Source of the DNA: Rickettsiales bacterium
GTDB taxonomy: Bacteria; Pseudomonadota; Alphaproteobacteria; Rickettsiales; SXRF01
Direction of reading: 5' to 3'
Assembly (NCBI GenBank): GCA_964231325.1
Contig: CAXRIF010000002.1
Coordinates: 5,908-69,907, forward strand
DNA length: 64,000 bases
Shown here: positions 22,527 through 34,508 of the stretch, piece by piece
Layout of the letters: every line of letters begins with the position of its first letter
Position numbering within the stretch: the stretch's first letter is position 1
The notes under the pieces: model-generated
The model's input: the letters and a program-made list of their open reading frames with translations, nothing else
What the model was told of the DNA's origin: nothing
Databases searched by the model: none
Made by a program: the position numbers and the translations under genes

Positions 22527-24548
22527 TTATGCTTTTTTCTTAGCGCTTCCGGGTTTTTGCAGCTTCTTTTGCAGCTTATCTATTTCGTCGCGCAGGCGAG
22601 CCGCTTCTTCAAATTCTAAATCGGCTGCCGCCTCAAGCATCTTATCGCGCAGTGCGGCGATATAGTTCTCCGGATTCTTCTTCGCGTTATCGGAAAGTTT
22701 GACCTCGTATTTCACACGCTTCGTATCCACCGTGTAGTAATCATGCTCGGCGGTCGACTCGATAATCTCGCCCACATGTTTTTTAATGCTCTGCGGAGTG
22801 ATGCCATGTTTTTTATTGTAGGCTTGCTGTATGGCTCGCCGGCGATCTGTCTCATCCAGCGCTGCTTTCATCGAGTCGGTCATTTTATCAGCATATAAAA
22901 TCACCTTACTATCCACGTTACGTGCCGCGCGGCCAATGGTTTGGATCAGCGATGTGGCAGAGCGCAGGAACCCTTCCTTGTCCGCATCCAAAATGGCCAT
23001 CAGCCCGCATTCGGGAATATCGAGACCCTCACGCAGCAGGTTCACACCGATCAACACGTCAAATTTTCCCAGCCGCAAGTCACGGATAATCTCAATGCGC
23101 TCCAGCGTATCCACATCGGAATGCAAATAGCGCACCTTAATGCCCGCCTCGTTCATATAGTCGGTGAGTTCTTCGGCCATGCGTTTGGTTAGCGTGGTCA
23201 CCAATGTACGGCGCCCATGTTTGATTTGTTCGTGACACTGCGCCAGCAGATCATCCACCTGCGAATCCACCGGTTTAATTTCATATGGCGGGTCGGTAAG
23301 TCCGGTTGGGCGAATCACCTGTTCCACGAATGCACCACCCGTCGCATTCATTTCCCATTTGCCCGGCGTGGCTGACACAAACACCGTGTTAGGGCGCATC
23401 GCATCCCACTCATCAAACTTCAGCGGGCGGTTATCCAGTGCCGATGGCAAGCGAAACCCATGTTCTACCAATGTGGTTTTTCGTGCACGGTCACCGTTAT
23501 ACATGCCGCCAATTTGCGGCACGGTCACATGGCTTTCATCAATAAATAGCAGCGCATTTTCCGGCAAATATTGGAACAAGGTAGGTGGTGGGTGCCCTTC
23601 CTTGGTGCCTGCCAAATAGCGCGAATAATTTTCAATCCCCTTGCACATACCCGTTTCAGTAAGCATCTCCAGATCAAACTGTGTGCGGCTTTCCAGCCGT
23701 TGGGCTTCCACCAACTTGTTCTCAGAGCGCAAGCGCTCCAGCCGTGTTTTAAGCTCCGCTTTGATCTCTTTAATAGCGCGCTCAATGGTCGGCTTGGCTG
23801 TCACATAGTGACTATTGGCAAAAATGTCGATCGATTGCAGCTTAACTTTGCTCTCACCAGTAAGCGGGTCAAACTCACTGATGGTTTCCACATCATCGCC
23901 AAAGAATGAAATACGCCACGCCGTGTCTTCATAATGCGAAGGGAAGATATCCAGCGAATCGCCACGCACGCGGAATGTACCACGGTGGAAATCCATGTCA
24001 TTGCGCTGATATTGCAGCTCAATCAGTTTCCGGATGAGTGCTTTTTGTGACACTTCTTCGCCCACATGCACTTTCTCCACGAGGTTAGAATAACTCTCCA
24101 CCGAGCCAATACCATAAATACAACTTACCGATGCCACCACGATCACATCTGGGCGCGTAAGCATGTTACGCGTGGCTGAGTGACGCATACGGTCGATCTG
24201 CTCGTTAATCGACGAGTCTTTTTCAATAAACGTGTCGGTTTTGGGAACGTAAGCTTCCGGCTGATAATAATCATAATAAGAGACAAAATATTCCACCGCG
24301 TTATTCGGGAAAAAGCTTTTCATCTCCGAGTAAAGTTGCGCGGCCAGTGTTTTGTTATGCGCCATCACCAGCGCTGGGCGCTGTAATGTCTGAATAATTT
24401 GCGCCATGGTGAATGTCTTACCAGAGCCGGTCACCCCCAACAGCACCTGATCGCGCTCATTTGCTTTCAGTCCCTTTACCAATTCGGCAATGGCTTTCGG
24501 CTGGTCGCCCGCGGGCTTATAGTCTGAAACTAATTTAAATGTAGACAT
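22527..24548 (-). CDS. uvrB: Excinuclease ABC subunit B
   Basis: [17 protein letters not shown]-terminal UVR domain; start set at ATG 24548. Confidence 0.99.
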   Translation of the reverse strand: MSTFKLVSDYKPAGDQPKAIAELVKGLKANERDQVLLGVTGSGKTFTMAQIIQTLQRPALVMAHNKTLAAQLYSEMKSFFPNNAVEYFVSYYDYYQPEAYVPKTDTFIEKDSSINEQIDRMRHSATRNMLTRPDVIVVASVSCIYGIGSVESYSNLVEKVHVGEEVSQKALIRKLIELQYQRNDMDFHRGTFRVRGDSLDIFPSHYEDTAWRISFFGDDVETISEFDPLTGESKVKLQSIDIFANSHYVTAKPTIERAIKEIKAELKTRLERLRSENKLVEAQRLESRTQFDLEMLTETGMCKGIENYSRYLAGTKEGHPPPTLFQYLPENALLFIDESHVTVPQIGGMYNGDRARKTTLVEHGFRLPSALDNRPLKFDEWDAMRPNTVFVSATPGKWEMNATGGAFVEQVIRPTGLTDPPYEIKPVDSQVDDLLAQCHEQIKHGRRTLVTTLTKRMAEELTDYMNEAGIKVRYLHSDVDTLERIEIIRDLRLGKFDVLIGVNLLREGLDIPECGLMAILDADKEGFLRSATSLIQTIGRAARNVDSKVILYADKMTDSMKAALDETDRRRAIQQAYNKKHGITPQSIKKHVGEIIESTAEHDYYTVDTKRVKYEVKLSDNAKKNPENYIAALRDKMLEAAADLEFEEAARLRDEIDKLQKKLQKPGSAKKKA

Positions 24549-24564
24549 GGCTGTGTTTATAAAA

Positions 24565-24682
24565 AAATCGCTAGGCTGTGGCGGATGCAAAGCGTTGTTA
24601 GAACTATAACGCAGCGCACATTGTAGTACGCCAGTAACAGCAGCGCAACAACGCAAGCAGGCCGACCAGCATAGTAGATTTA
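24565..24682 (+). repeat. RPE-like palindromic element, copy D (degenerate core)
   Basis: Arms AAATCGCTAGGCTG / CAGCATAGTAGATTTA; core GCAGCGCAC-N6-GTACGC; overlaps tadC stop. Confidence 0.75.
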
Positions 24683-25630
24683 TTCACTACTTTGCGTTTT
24701 CTCGCCAAATATACCGCCCTGCTCTGCTACTTTAATAAATGGCGGGCCTAGGATAATAATCACAAATGCAGGCAGCATGCATATTACGAGTGGCAACGTA
24801 ATCAGCACGGGGATACGGGCAGCTTTATTCTCGGCTGTCATCAAGCGCGTGGTACGCATATCATCGGATAGCACCCGCAATGTATCAAGCAGCGACGTCC
24901 CAAATTTTTCACTTTGTATCAGCGCTGATACCAGTGATTTAAACGGCACGATACCGGTGCGCTGCGCTAGGTTCTGTAGTGCTTCCACACGATCGCTAAG
25001 TACCGTAAGCTCAATACGCGTACGGTCCAGCTCCGAAATCACCTCTGGGTGAGTTTTGCGCATTTCTGCACAGACTCTTGCCAATGCCGCATCCAGCCCA
25101 AGGCCGGATTCAATACATACCAACATCAGATCAAGCGCTTCCGGAAAAGAAAGCATCAAGATTTTTTGCCGACGCTGTTTGCAGTTGGTCACATAAAGGT
25201 TCGCGCCCATAATGCCAATAATGGCAAAAAAACCACCCAGCATAATAAACAGTAGCTTGTTCATCGCCGTCAGGTCAGTTGACGTCATGCCCTTAAATAC
25301 GATGATCGTGCCAATCACCAGAAACACTGGCTGAATAACACGTTTAAAGAATAGGAAGTAGGCCACCGCGTATGGCGAGTTAATACCAGCTTGCGCAAGC
25401 TGCGTAGTTATTTCTGGCTGGTTTTTGACATCCACCCCAAACAATGACAGCACGCCAGCACAGAACGAAGCAGACAATGGTGGTGCACCATCATCATCCT
25501 CATCCATGTATTCGCTACCAAGTGTGCCCGGCAAACGTTCCTGTGTACGGTCACGGCGAAAAATATTCACCACCGCCATATAAGCAGTGAATACCCCAAC
25601 AACAATAATGGCATAGATGAAATAATTCAT
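24680..25630 (-). CDS. tadC: Tad pilus assembly protein TadC
   Basis: T2SSF domain [25 protein letters not shown]. Confidence 0.93.
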   Translation of the reverse strand: MNYFIYAIIVVGVFTAYMAVVNIFRRDRTQERLPGTLGSEYMDEDDDGAPPLSASFCAGVLSLFGVDVKNQPEITTQLAQAGINSPYAVAYFLFFKRVIQPVFLVIGTIIVFKGMTSTDLTAMNKLLFIMLGGFFAIIGIMGANLYVTNCKQRRQKILMLSFPEALDLMLVCIESGLGLDAALARVCAEMRKTHPEVISELDRTRIELTVLSDRVEALQNLAQRTGIVPFKSLVSALIQSEKFGTSLLDTLRVLSDDMRTTRLMTAENKAARIPVLITLPLVICMLPAFVIIILGPPFIKVAEQGGIFGEKTQSSE

Positions 25631-25633
25631 GCG

Positions 25634-26593
25634 CTACACCTCGATATTGATAATTTGTTTAACCAGAAACACACCAAACAACACGATCCCGACCGCGCTC
25701 ATCAGCAGCATATTACCTGCTTGCGTCGTAAATAATGGGTCGAGATGTTTAGGCGACACCAGATAAATGGCTAAAAACTCTAATACCGGCAAAGAGCCCA
25801 GCACCCATGCGGTCGCTCTCCCCTCAGAAGATAATGCACGAATTTTCAGGTGCAGGTGTTTACGTTTACGGATGATGGTGGAAAGGTTTGAAAGCACCTC
25901 TGCCAAGTTACCACCCACCTCCTGCTGCACCGAAAGCACCACCACGAAAAAACGAATATCCGGCTCATCAATACGTTGTGATAGACGTTGCAATGATTCG
26001 ATCAGCGAGCTGCCATAGGCGGTTTCATCCGCCACCTGGCGAAACTCCGTAGACACGGGGGCCTGCATATTCTCTGCCACCATACGCACCGCTGAGTTCA
26101 ACGGATAACCAGAACGCACCGAGCGTACAATCATATCCAATGCATCGGGAAACGCGGCAAGAAAAGCCCGGTTACGTTTATTGATACGATGTTTGATAAA
26201 GAACCATCCGAGCAATACAGTAATTGCCAGGGCAGAAATAACACCTGCCACTCCACCGCCATGCAGCAAAAACAGCAACACACAAAAAATAGCCGCAAAA
26301 CTTAAGAAGAATTTTTCGATTGATTGCCCCAGCCCGGCTCTTAGCAATTTGGAATGGATCGCCTCGGCAAACGGCAACGCAAAAAAGATACGATTAAATG
26401 CGCCCGAACGATTTACTTCGTCACGAAATAAGGAGCTGCCCTCTTCCCGATCGTCCATTGCTGTTTCATTCTCCAGCCTGTCTAGCATACTGCGCGTATG
26501 GCTAGCCTCCCGCAGGAAACGACGCGGGATAAGTGCCAGCACCAGCAAATACACCATCACCCCTACTATTGTCGCAATAATAATTGGATTCAT
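25634..26593 (-). CDS. tadB: Tad pilus assembly protein TadB
   Basis: FPDALDMIVRSVRSG, QEVGGNLAE, ALSSEGR. Confidence 0.93.
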   Translation of the reverse strand: MNPIIIATIVGVMVYLLVLALIPRRFLREASHTRSMLDRLENETAMDDREEGSSLFRDEVNRSGAFNRIFFALPFAEAIHSKLLRAGLGQSIEKFFLSFAAIFCVLLFLLHGGGVAGVISALAITVLLGWFFIKHRINKRNRAFLAAFPDALDMIVRSVRSGYPLNSAVRMVAENMQAPVSTEFRQVADETAYGSSLIESLQRLSQRIDEPDIRFFVVVLSVQQEVGGNLAEVLSNLSTIIRKRKHLHLKIRALSSEGRATAWVLGSLPVLEFLAIYLVSPKHLDPLFTTQAGNMLLMSAVGIVLFGVFLVKQIINIEV

Positions 26594-26602
26594 AAACCTG
26601 CC

Positions 26603-28057
26603 CTACGTTTTCAGACATTCCAGCAATTCGGCTTCTTTGCCAAAATATGCTGCTTGTGAAACGAAACGCGGTGTCGCACCGGTAGCATAATATTCACCGG
26701 AAAGGACACCATCCTCTCCCAACGCTCCCGAGCGAAACCCGAACAAGGTCTGTGTTACAATATTTTCGCCTTGCAGGCCAACGATTTCATCAATCTGGGT
26801 GACGCGTCGCTTGCCATCGCGCTGACGCGATACCTGTACCACCAGATGCACGGCGCTGGCAATTTGATTACGTAAGGATGGAAGCGCCATACGCACTGCC
26901 GACATACCTACCAGATTTTCAATACGGCTCAGCGCATCACGCGGGCTATTGGCGTGAATGGTCGCCATCGAACCGTCATGACCAGTATTCATCGCTGATA
27001 GCACCTCAATCACCTCGTCCCCACGAATCTCACCAATAATAATACGATCTGGGCGCATACGTAGTGCATTTCGTACCAGCTGGCGCTGCGTCACCTCACC
27101 TGCACCCTCCATATTGGGTGGGCGCGATTCCATACGCAACACATGGGGCTGCTGCAATTGCAATTCGGCGGCATCCTCAATAGTGATAACGCGTTCGGCG
27201 CGATCAATATTGCCGGAAATGGCATTAAGCAACGTGGTTTTACCACTACCCGTACCGCCAGAAATAATCATGTTCAGGCGAATGCCACCGCAAATACCAA
27301 GGAATTTACACATCGCCTCGCTCATTGAGCCAAGCCCCACATAGTCATTTAGCCCGATGCTTTGTTTGCGAAATTTACGAATGGACACCAGAGAACCATC
27401 CAATGCCAGCGGCGGAATAATCGCGTTAAAACGCGAACCATCCGGCATACGCGCATCCACCATGGGGCTGGCTTCATCCACACGCCTGCCGACGATCGAT
27501 ACAATTTTCTGGATTACATTCACCAGGTGGCGTTCGCTACTGAAGGTCACATCCGTAAGCAATACCTTACCGTGTTTTTCAATAAACACGCGATTAAACC
27601 CGTTAATCATAATGTCGGAAATTTCACTGTCAGACATCAGCACCTCGATCGGCCCAAAACCCAACAAGTCGTCCACCGCCTGCTCTTTGAGGCGTTCGAC
27701 TTGTGCGTTAGTGAGTGGCACCTGAATATCATGATATAAAATATGCGCTGAAGCTTCGCGAATACGTTCCCGTTTGGCTTCATCAGTCATACTTTCTAAC
27801 TGCGAGAAATCCACCTTCTCAAGCAACAGTTCTGTCAGCCGCTTTTTGGCAGCCTTATATTCTTCGGTAGCAAGTTTTGCATCAGTGAAGCTGATTTCTG
27901 GCTTCTCCGTATGGTGTGTATAGCCCTCTTTTGCGGCTTCGTGCGAAAATATTTTTTTATCCGCAAGGCGTACTGCCTCTACTGGGCGCGCTTCCTCTTG
28001 CGATACGTGTTGTTCTGTAGGTGGCGTCAATGGGCCGCTATCTTTTTTACCGAACAT
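26603..28057 (-). CDS. cpaF: Tad pilus ATPase CpaF/TadA
   Basis: [27 protein letters not shown]. Confidence 0.96.
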   Translation of the reverse strand: MFGKKDSGPLTPPTEQHVSQEEARPVEAVRLADKKIFSHEAAKEGYTHHTEKPEISFTDAKLATEEYKAAKKRLTELLLEKVDFSQLESMTDEAKRERIREASAHILYHDIQVPLTNAQVERLKEQAVDDLLGFGPIEVLMSDSEISDIMINGFNRVFIEKHGKVLLTDVTFSSERHLVNVIQKIVSIVGRRVDEASPMVDARMPDGSRFNAIIPPLALDGSLVSIRKFRKQSIGLNDYVGLGSMSEAMCKFLGICGGIRLNMIISGGTGSGKTTLLNAISGNIDRAERVITIEDAAELQLQQPHVLRMESRPPNMEGAGEVTQRQLVRNALRMRPDRIIIGEIRGDEVIEVLSAMNTGHDGSMATIHANSPRDALSRIENLVGMSAVRMALPSLRNQIASAVHLVVQVSRQRDGKRRVTQIDEIVGLQGENIVTQTLFGFRSGALGEDGVLSGEYYATGATPRFVSQAAYFGKEAELLECLKT

Positions 28058-29292
28058 TACGCACCCCCTTTAAGTATATTGGGAAAAGACAGTAATCCCT
28101 TTTTGGGTTCATTCAATTTATCAGCAGGCAGGCTGGATGTGTCGCCATAACGCAGAATCAGTTTACGAGCCATATCAGAAATCTGTTGGCGCAATACGGT
28201 GCTTTGTTCGCCTTCAAACAGCGTATGTGCATTGTTTTCCGCCTGCGTCACTGCTTTCACATCATTATCAATATGCACATCGATTTTACGGCGACATATG
28301 CGTTCAAAATCCTGATTATCGATTGCTTCTTTAAATTTTGCGCCACTACGGTTAATCACAATGGAGATATGTTCTTTATCGACACCAATTTTCTGCCAGG
28401 CCGCAAGCAAGCGTGAAGCGTGCGTCAGTGAGCGCAACCATAATTGCCCTACCATCATCACATGGTCTGAATAGGTAAGCGTTGCGGCTGTCCAGTCGGT
28501 CCACACATGCGGCACATCAATCACCACAAAACGAAACTTACTACGCAGAATCGTAATAAGTTCGCGCACCACTTCCGGGCGTATATTAGGAAGTAAGCGA
28601 AGCTCACTTGGCGCCGACACAATCTGCAAATGATCGCGGTAATTGACCAGCATTTTACTCACTAATCGTCCATCCAGCCCACGTTCCGGATCGTCAAATA
28701 TTTCACGGATACCAAACGGCGCAGCCAGATCCAGACTTTTACAAATAAGACCAAACTGATAGTCCATATCAACCAGCACGGTTGGCTGTTTATATTCCGT
28801 GGCCAGGCAATAAGCCAGGTTGAGTGCTACGGTACTAGATCCATCACCCGATGCTGCACTAATACAGGAGATGACTTTACCTTTAGGTAGGTTGGCCTCG
28901 TTCTTCGCTGCGCTGGAGGCTTTATCCACCAATATAGCTGCCACCTCATCGGGGTTTGCCGGATGCGTAAAATATTCAAGCACGCCGCGCTGCTTAAGTT
29001 CACGGTAAAAATCAATATCGTTCGTAGCACCCGTCACCACCACGCGTACGTTTGATTCACAATGCTGTGCAAACTCATCAAGTGCGGGCAGTATATCATC
29101 CGTATGCTGTCCAATATTAATCAGCATATGTTCTGGCGAGCTGGTGCGCAAACTTAACGCGTGTATTGCATCAGCAAAGCCACCCGCTACCACGTGCGCA
29201 TCAGGAAAACCCAACTCTTTGGCAAGCTCAGAGCTGGCATTCACCTGCTCCTGATCCAGACATATAACCAAGAGTGGGCTGAACAAACTCAT
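28057..29292 (-). CDS. cpaE: CpaE/TadZ pilus localisation protein
   Basis: Receiver-like N-terminus plus MinD-like domain with deviant Walker A. Confidence 0.88.
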   Translation of the reverse strand: MSLFSPLLVICLDQEQVNASSELAKELGFPDAHVVAGGFADAIHALSLRTSSPEHMLINIGQHTDDILPALDEFAQHCESNVRVVVTGATNDIDFYRELKQRGVLEYFTHPANPDEVAAILVDKASSAAKNEANLPKGKVISCISAASGDGSSTVALNLAYCLATEYKQPTVLVDMDYQFGLICKSLDLAAPFGIREIFDDPERGLDGRLVSKMLVNYRDHLQIVSAPSELRLLPNIRPEVVRELITILRSKFRFVVIDVPHVWTDWTAATLTYSDHVMMVGQLWLRSLTHASRLLAAWQKIGVDKEHISIVINRSGAKFKEAIDNQDFERICRRKIDVHIDNDVKAVTQAENNAHTLFEGEQSTVLRQQISDMARKLILRYGDTSSLPADKLNEPKKGLLSFPNILKGGA

Positions 29293-29313
29293 AAAGAAAT
29301 AATACCGATATTG

Positions 29314-29991
29314 TTACTGCGTCGAAATAGTGCTGAGCACTGACTGATTATTGTGAGTCGGTTCTGGCGATGGGTTCTGGTAGCGACGATAGGTTTGCAC
29401 CGCCTTGTCACCATCGGGCATATCCATCAATGCCGGATCCACAAATTGTGACTTATCACTCACCATTTGCATCGTGTTGCCAACCACCGAACAGCCTAGC
29501 TGTTGCATTGGCACATTATAAGGGTTGCTGCTATTATCAACAAAGCGGCTATCACAATCACGCACAATCACACGCTCATACACCAACACCACATCGTCAC
29601 CACCACCGGTGAACTCAGTTGGAATCCGTTGGTTAGCAAAAATAGAGCGTGCTTCCATGCACAGCGCCTCACCTCGCATACAATTAAGCTCGGCGCGCGT
29701 AGGGCGATCATCACGCACCATCGCTGCAATCTCACTCAGTGCGCCACGCGAATCAAGGCTCATAGTGACCAACTCAGAAGAGCGATCGAGTAATCGTTCC
29801 GGATCCCCTGGGTTATTAAAGGCTTCTGCCGGTGGCCCCGCATAGGTGTATGGCTTGGCTTCCTGTTGATCAGGGTATTCGTGTGTACCTGGATACACCG
29901 TAAAAGATTGCGGTTGGTTCGAGCAGGCGGAAAGCAGCAATGCACTAAGCAGTGCGCAACCTGTAACGTAAAGTGTGTGTTGTGTTTTCAT
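29314..29991 (-). CDS. CpaD-like pilus lipoprotein
   Basis: Lipobox LSAC; LGCSVVGNTMQMV motif; position between cpaC and cpaE. Confidence 0.7.
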   Translation of the reverse strand: MKTQHTLYVTGCALLSALLLSACSNQPQSFTVYPGTHEYPDQQEAKPYTYAGPPAEAFNNPGDPERLLDRSSELVTMSLDSRGALSEIAAMVRDDRPTRAELNCMRGEALCMEARSIFANQRIPTEFTGGGDDVVLVYERVIVRDCDSRFVDNSSNPYNVPMQQLGCSVVGNTMQMVSDKSQFVDPALMDMPDGDKAVQTYRRYQNPSPEPTHNNQSVLSTISTQ

Positions 29992-29992
29992 A

Positions 29993-31513
29993 TCAATCCA
30001 CCATAAACCCTACCGGTCCTTCTAGGCCCGGCGACTGTGATGTTGTTCTGCCTGCGAGGCTTCCCAACGCACCATAGAAAAATGTTTCCATTTGGCTGGC
30101 CGGACGAAAATTATCGGTTGGTAATTTCACGTCAGCACTTTTCATCGGATCAACCACATAAGGCGTCACCGCGATCACCAGCTCCGTCTCATTACGCTGA
30201 AAACTACTGCTTCTGAAAAGTGCACCCAGCACAGGCAACTCTTTCGCGCCTGGAAGCTGATCCACCTGCGCAGTCAACTCATCCTTAATAAGCCCGGCAA
30301 TCATGAAGCTCTCACCTGGTGATAGCTCCACCGTGGTTCTAGCGCGTCGTGTATTGATACTAGGGATAGAAAAACCACTGATTATCACCGCATTCTGATC
30401 GGAGATTTCAGAAACTTCCGGTTGCACTGCCATGCGAATACGATTCTCGCTAAGCACAAACGGAGTAAAGCGGATCGCCACACCAAATGGCTTATATTCA
30501 ATCGAAATATTCGGTGTGCTGCCCGAAGTATTCTGCACTACTGGAATTGGTATTTCCCCACCAGCAAGAAATTCAGCTTCCTCACCAGAGATAGCGACTA
30601 GGTTTGGCTCAGCAAGCAGCTTAAACAGCCCGTCACGTTCGAGCGCCTGAATCATCCCGCCAAGCGAGTAATTACTATCCGCATAACGCGCAGAAAACAC
30701 ACCATGCGGCGGGTTCGTTGCCGTCAGTGGGTCAGGAATAATAAATGAGCCGGGGCTACGCACCTCAGAACCATCCAGCGGCGAGAAGAACGCAGGCACA
30801 CCAGCGCCCGTTCCAAATAACACACTACCGCTACCGTTCAGATCAACTGCGCTTAAATCAATACTCAGATTTTTGAGTGCTTCGCGATTGATTTCCCCCA
30901 CCCGCACTTTCAGCATCACCTGCTGACCTGCAGTTACTTTGAGCATGTTGAGAATTTCTGCATCACCATTTTTGGCAAGATCTTCATCGTTCATATGCGT
31001 TTTTGCGGGGTCAGAACCCAGAAAATCCTTAACGATTTTAATTGCCTTTTCGGCTGCTTCAGCGCTGCGGACATGGCCAGTCAGCGCTACGCTGGTGTTC
31101 ACCATTTCCACGCCAATACGCTCGTCAGGAATAAAGTTTTTCAGCGCGCGACGCATTGCCGGAAGATCGTAACCCACCGTCACATATATCTCGCGTTGCA
31201 ATTTCCCATCTTTACCAAATACACGAACATTCGTACGGCCAAGTTTTTTACCCACGATGCTCAGGTTGTTGGCATTATGCGCATGCACATCCGCGATTTC
31301 CGGATCCGCAACCATCACTTCGCTCATGTCTGTCTTGAGCGTCACCAATGTGGAGCGGTGCTTCGGTACCATCACATATTTAGTGCTAGCATTACCGGCC
31401 GCCTGAACCACATCGCTCGACACCACAAAACATGCCGCCAACATTAAGGCAGCAAGCATTCGTTTATGCATATTTCCCATCATCATATGGCTCATTGCCC
31501 AATCCTTAATCAT
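29993..31513 (-). CDS. cpaC: Tad secretin CpaC/RcpA
   Basis: VADPEIADV, LAEPNL, FLAGGEIPIP, TELVIAVTP; true start may be a few codons downstream. Confidence 0.95.
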   Translation of the reverse strand: MIKDWAMSHMMMGNMHKRMLAALMLAACFVVSSDVVQAAGNASTKYVMVPKHRSTLVTLKTDMSEVMVADPEIADVHAHNANNLSIVGKKLGRTNVRVFGKDGKLQREIYVTVGYDLPAMRRALKNFIPDERIGVEMVNTSVALTGHVRSAEAAEKAIKIVKDFLGSDPAKTHMNDEDLAKNGDAEILNMLKVTAGQQVMLKVRVGEINREALKNLSIDLSAVDLNGSGSVLFGTGAGVPAFFSPLDGSEVRSPGSFIIPDPLTATNPPHGVFSARYADSNYSLGGMIQALERDGLFKLLAEPNLVAISGEEAEFLAGGEIPIPVVQNTSGSTPNISIEYKPFGVAIRFTPFVLSENRIRMAVQPEVSEISDQNAVIISGFSIPSINTRRARTTVELSPGESFMIAGLIKDELTAQVDQLPGAKELPVLGALFRSSSFQRNETELVIAVTPYVVDPMKSADVKLPTDNFRPASQMETFFYGALGSLAGRTTSQSPGLEGPVGFMVD

Positions 31514-32424
31514 TGCGCCACGACATCCTCTACCTGCATGTCTTCGTTCATAAATACAGAAGGCATGGAAACAGGTGCTGAACCACCCTCACTTTCCGTA
31601 CCGCGTACAATTTTTACTCCGTTACTGTTACCGCCACCTGCAGATACTTTCAGGTTAGTAAGCAACATAGATTGTGTCGGCATAACCGCGTCACCTGCCT
31701 CATCATCCTTGAGTGGGCGCAATGCCAGAGACAAGGTACCCACACGCTCGCCCAGCCTTAATGCCTGCACATCCTGTTCTCTCACCTCAAGCGTGATACT
31801 TGATGGCGTCGTGGTGGCTGCACTTGCTGTCTTGCTTGCGGCCTGACGCACATTCACCGCCAGCACTTTTGCATTATGCACCAATATCTCTGAGACATCT
31901 GGCTTCATACTCACGCGAACATCGCTGTTCTTTTCACGTGTTTGTATATCGTTGGGAATATTATGTGTCAGAATCACATCCACCCGATCCCCAGAAAACA
32001 CATAACCACCCACACCCGTTACCGCATCAGTAGCAAGCGTTACCGCGCGCATACCCGCAGGCAGTTGCGCAGCCAGAAAGCTCGGGTCATTAGGGTTGGC
32101 AATTTTATTACGTGTGAGTGGTTCGCCAGCCTGAAAGGCCGCACGCGTTACCTTGCCATTCATGTTCGCATCCGGGCTATCAGCAGTAATAAATCCATCC
32201 AATACCAAATGTGATGGCCAAGGCTGTTTTTCTACCATTTTGTCTTCAAGCACTGCCCCAACATCAATCGCCTCACGTGCAACGAGCACTTGTGAAGTAG
32301 CTACTTCTTGTTTTTTGGAGGCAGTTTGAACAGGGGTAGAGGAATCATCGCCGATCGTTTGTAACACCATGACCGCAGCAACAACCGCAATAACAGCGGC
32401 AACCAATAAAGCAACAAAGCGCAT
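31510..32424 (-). CDS. cpaB: Pilus assembly protein CpaB/RcpC
   Basis: SAF domain; GMRAVT, GDRVDV, LSLALR. Confidence 0.95.
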   Translation of the reverse strand: MRFVALLVAAVIAVVAAVMVLQTIGDDSSTPVQTASKKQEVATSQVLVAREAIDVGAVLEDKMVEKQPWPSHLVLDGFITADSPDANMNGKVTRAAFQAGEPLTRNKIANPNDPSFLAAQLPAGMRAVTLATDAVTGVGGYVFSGDRVDVILTHNIPNDIQTREKNSDVRVSMKPDVSEILVHNAKVLAVNVRQAASKTASAATTTPSSITLEVREQDVQALRLGERVGTLSLALRPLKDDEAGDAVMPTQSMLLTNLKVSAGGGNSNGVKIVRGTESEGGSAPVSMPSVFMNEDMQVEDVVAQ

Positions 32425-32582
32425 AAGCTTCTATCTACCTGTTAAAAGAACAATTTTTCGTTTTATATATTGGTTAAAGTTTATATCCCATTTGTGGAAT
32501 CGCTGTAAACATAAATATGACTTATCCACAGCATTCATGCAAAATGCACTTTCGGTGGCACATATCTGACACATCAAAAAAA

Positions 32583-34403
32583 TCAGCCCGCTTTTTTAGC
32601 GCGGCTCAGTTTTTTGCGTTCGTTAGAGTCGAGCGCTATTTTGCGAAGACGCAAATTGTTCGGCGTCACTTCCACCAGCTCGTCATCTTGAATATAGGAA
32701 ATCATTTGCTCAAGCGTCATCTTCACAGGTGGTGTCAGGCGAATCGCTTCATCCTTACTCGTCGTACGAATATTGGTGAGCTGCTTTCCTTTAAGCACAT
32801 TGATCTCAAGATCGTTATCACGGCTATGCTCGCCCACGATCATTCCCTCATACACTTTATCGGCCGGGTTGATAAACATGACACCACGATCTTGCAAATT
32901 GAAGATGGCATAGGCCACGGCTTCACCCTTATCAAGCGCGATAAGTGCGCCGTTACGTCTGCCTGCAATTTCGCCTTTGAACGGGCCATATTCGTGGAAC
33001 AAGCGGTTCATGGTACCGGTGCCACGCGTGTCGGTCAGGAATTCGCCTTGATACCCGATCAACCCGCGCGATGGCACATGAAACACGATACGTGTTTTGC
33101 CGCCACCCGATGGGCGCATGTCACTCATTTCACCTTTACGCAGGGAAATTTTTTCGACCACCACACCGCTATGTTCGTCATCCACATCCACCACTACTTC
33201 TTCGTATGGCTCAAGTTTCTGACCATCTTCTTCTTTAAACAGCACGCGTGGGCGCGAGACAGAAAGCTCAAACCCCTCGCGGCGCATGGTTTCAATCAGC
33301 ACACCAAGTTGCAGCTCGCCTCTGCCCGCCACTTCAAATGCATCTTTGCTATCGGCTTCACTCACACGAATGGCCACGTTGCCTTCTGCTTCTTTGAACA
33401 GGCGATCACGAATCATACGGCTGGTTACTTTGCTGCCTTCTTGTCCGGCGAGCGGCGAATCATTCACCCCGATGGTAACTGCCATAGTCGGCGGGTCAAT
33501 CGGTGTTGATGGCACCGGCGTATTAATTTCCAAACTACCAATCGTGTCAGACACGGTGGCTTTTTCAATCCCGGCAATCGCTACGATGTCACCCGCCTGC
33601 GCTTCTTCCACCGGCACGCGCTTCACCCCGTCAAACGCCAGCAACTTGGTCAGTCTACCCTGCTCCAGCACATCACCATTTAGGTTCAGCGCTTTGATCG
33701 GCATACCCACTTTAGCCGTACCACTATAGACGCGCCCGGTCAGGATACGTCCCAGGAACGGGTCGGCTTCCAGAATGGAGGCCAGCATAGAAAATCCCGC
33801 TTCCGGGTCTACATCCGGCTCAGGAATATGGTTGGTAATACACTCAAACAACGGATTCAGGTTTTCGCGTGGATCTTCTAAGCTGGTGGTTGCCCAGCCG
33901 TCACGACCCGATGCATAGAATGTCGGGAAATCGAGCTGTTCATCGGTGGCATCGAGCGCGGCGAACAGATCAAATACTTCGTTATGCACTTCATCGGGGC
34001 GCGCATCGCCACGGTCAATTTTATTAATAACAACAATGGGTTTAAGACCAAGCTTTAAAGCTTTACCTAAAACGAATTTGGTCTGTGGTAACGGCCCTTC
34101 GGCAGAGTCCACCAGCAACACCACACCATCCACCATACTAAGTACGCGCTCCACCTCTCCGCCAAAATCGGCGTGCCCGGGTGTATCGACAATATTGATA
34201 CGCAGGTTATCGCGTGTCACCGAAGTGCACTTCGCTAAAATAGTGATGCCGCGTTCACGCTCCAAATCACCGGAGTCCATGACGCATTCTTCCACCTGCT
34301 GCCCATCGCGGAACGTACCGCTTTGTTTCAACATTTGGTCGATCAGTGTGGTTTTGCCATGATCAACGTGAGCAATAATGGCAACATTGCGGATAGATTT
34401 CAT
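32583..34403 (-). CDS. typA: Translational GTPase TypA/BipA
   Basis: AHVDHGKTT, DTPGHADF, GRGELQL, RGLIGY. Confidence 0.99.
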   Translation of the reverse strand: MKSIRNVAIIAHVDHGKTTLIDQMLKQSGTFRDGQQVEECVMDSGDLERERGITILAKCTSVTRDNLRINIVDTPGHADFGGEVERVLSMVDGVVLLVDSAEGPLPQTKFVLGKALKLGLKPIVVINKIDRGDARPDEVHNEVFDLFAALDATDEQLDFPTFYASGRDGWATTSLEDPRENLNPLFECITNHIPEPDVDPEAGFSMLASILEADPFLGRILTGRVYSGTAKVGMPIKALNLNGDVLEQGRLTKLLAFDGVKRVPVEEAQAGDIVAIAGIEKATVSDTIGSLEINTPVPSTPIDPPTMAVTIGVNDSPLAGQEGSKVTSRMIRDRLFKEAEGNVAIRVSEADSKDAFEVAGRGELQLGVLIETMRREGFELSVSRPRVLFKEEDGQKLEPYEEVVVDVDDEHSGVVVEKISLRKGEMSDMRPSGGGKTRIVFHVPSRGLIGYQGEFLTDTRGTGTMNRLFHEYGPFKGEIAGRRNGALIALDKGEAVAYAIFNLQDRGVMFINPADKVYEGMIVGEHSRDNDLEINVLKGKQLTNIRTTSKDEAIRLTPPVKMTLEQMISYIQDDELVEVTPNNLRLRKIALDSNERKKLSRAKKAG

Positions 34404-34475
34404 ATCAGCCTAAAAAAAAAGCAAAAAAAGGAACACGCCCCATATATGTATGGAGCGAGAAAATAAATCAATTAC

Positions 34476-34503
34476 AAAGAAGAATTCCGGCCAGCGCCGG
34501 AAT
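34476..34503 (-). terminator. Intrinsic terminator after the cold-shock gene
   Basis: 8-bp stem ATTCCGGC/GCCGGAAT, 4-nt loop, followed by UCUUCUUU on the minus strand. Confidence 0.65.
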
Positions 34504-34508
34504 AGCAG

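Noticed and set aside
24549-24656. N-terminal extension of uvrB in the ORF track
   Set aside because: Runs through element D; conserved UvrB begins at MSTFKL
32554-32572. PHO-like repeat GTGTCAG-ATAT-GTGCCAC upstream of cpaB (minus strand)
   Set aside because: Several mismatches and no -10 at the 10-bp spacing
32517-33509. 330-aa plus-strand ORF
   Set aside because: Shadow of typA
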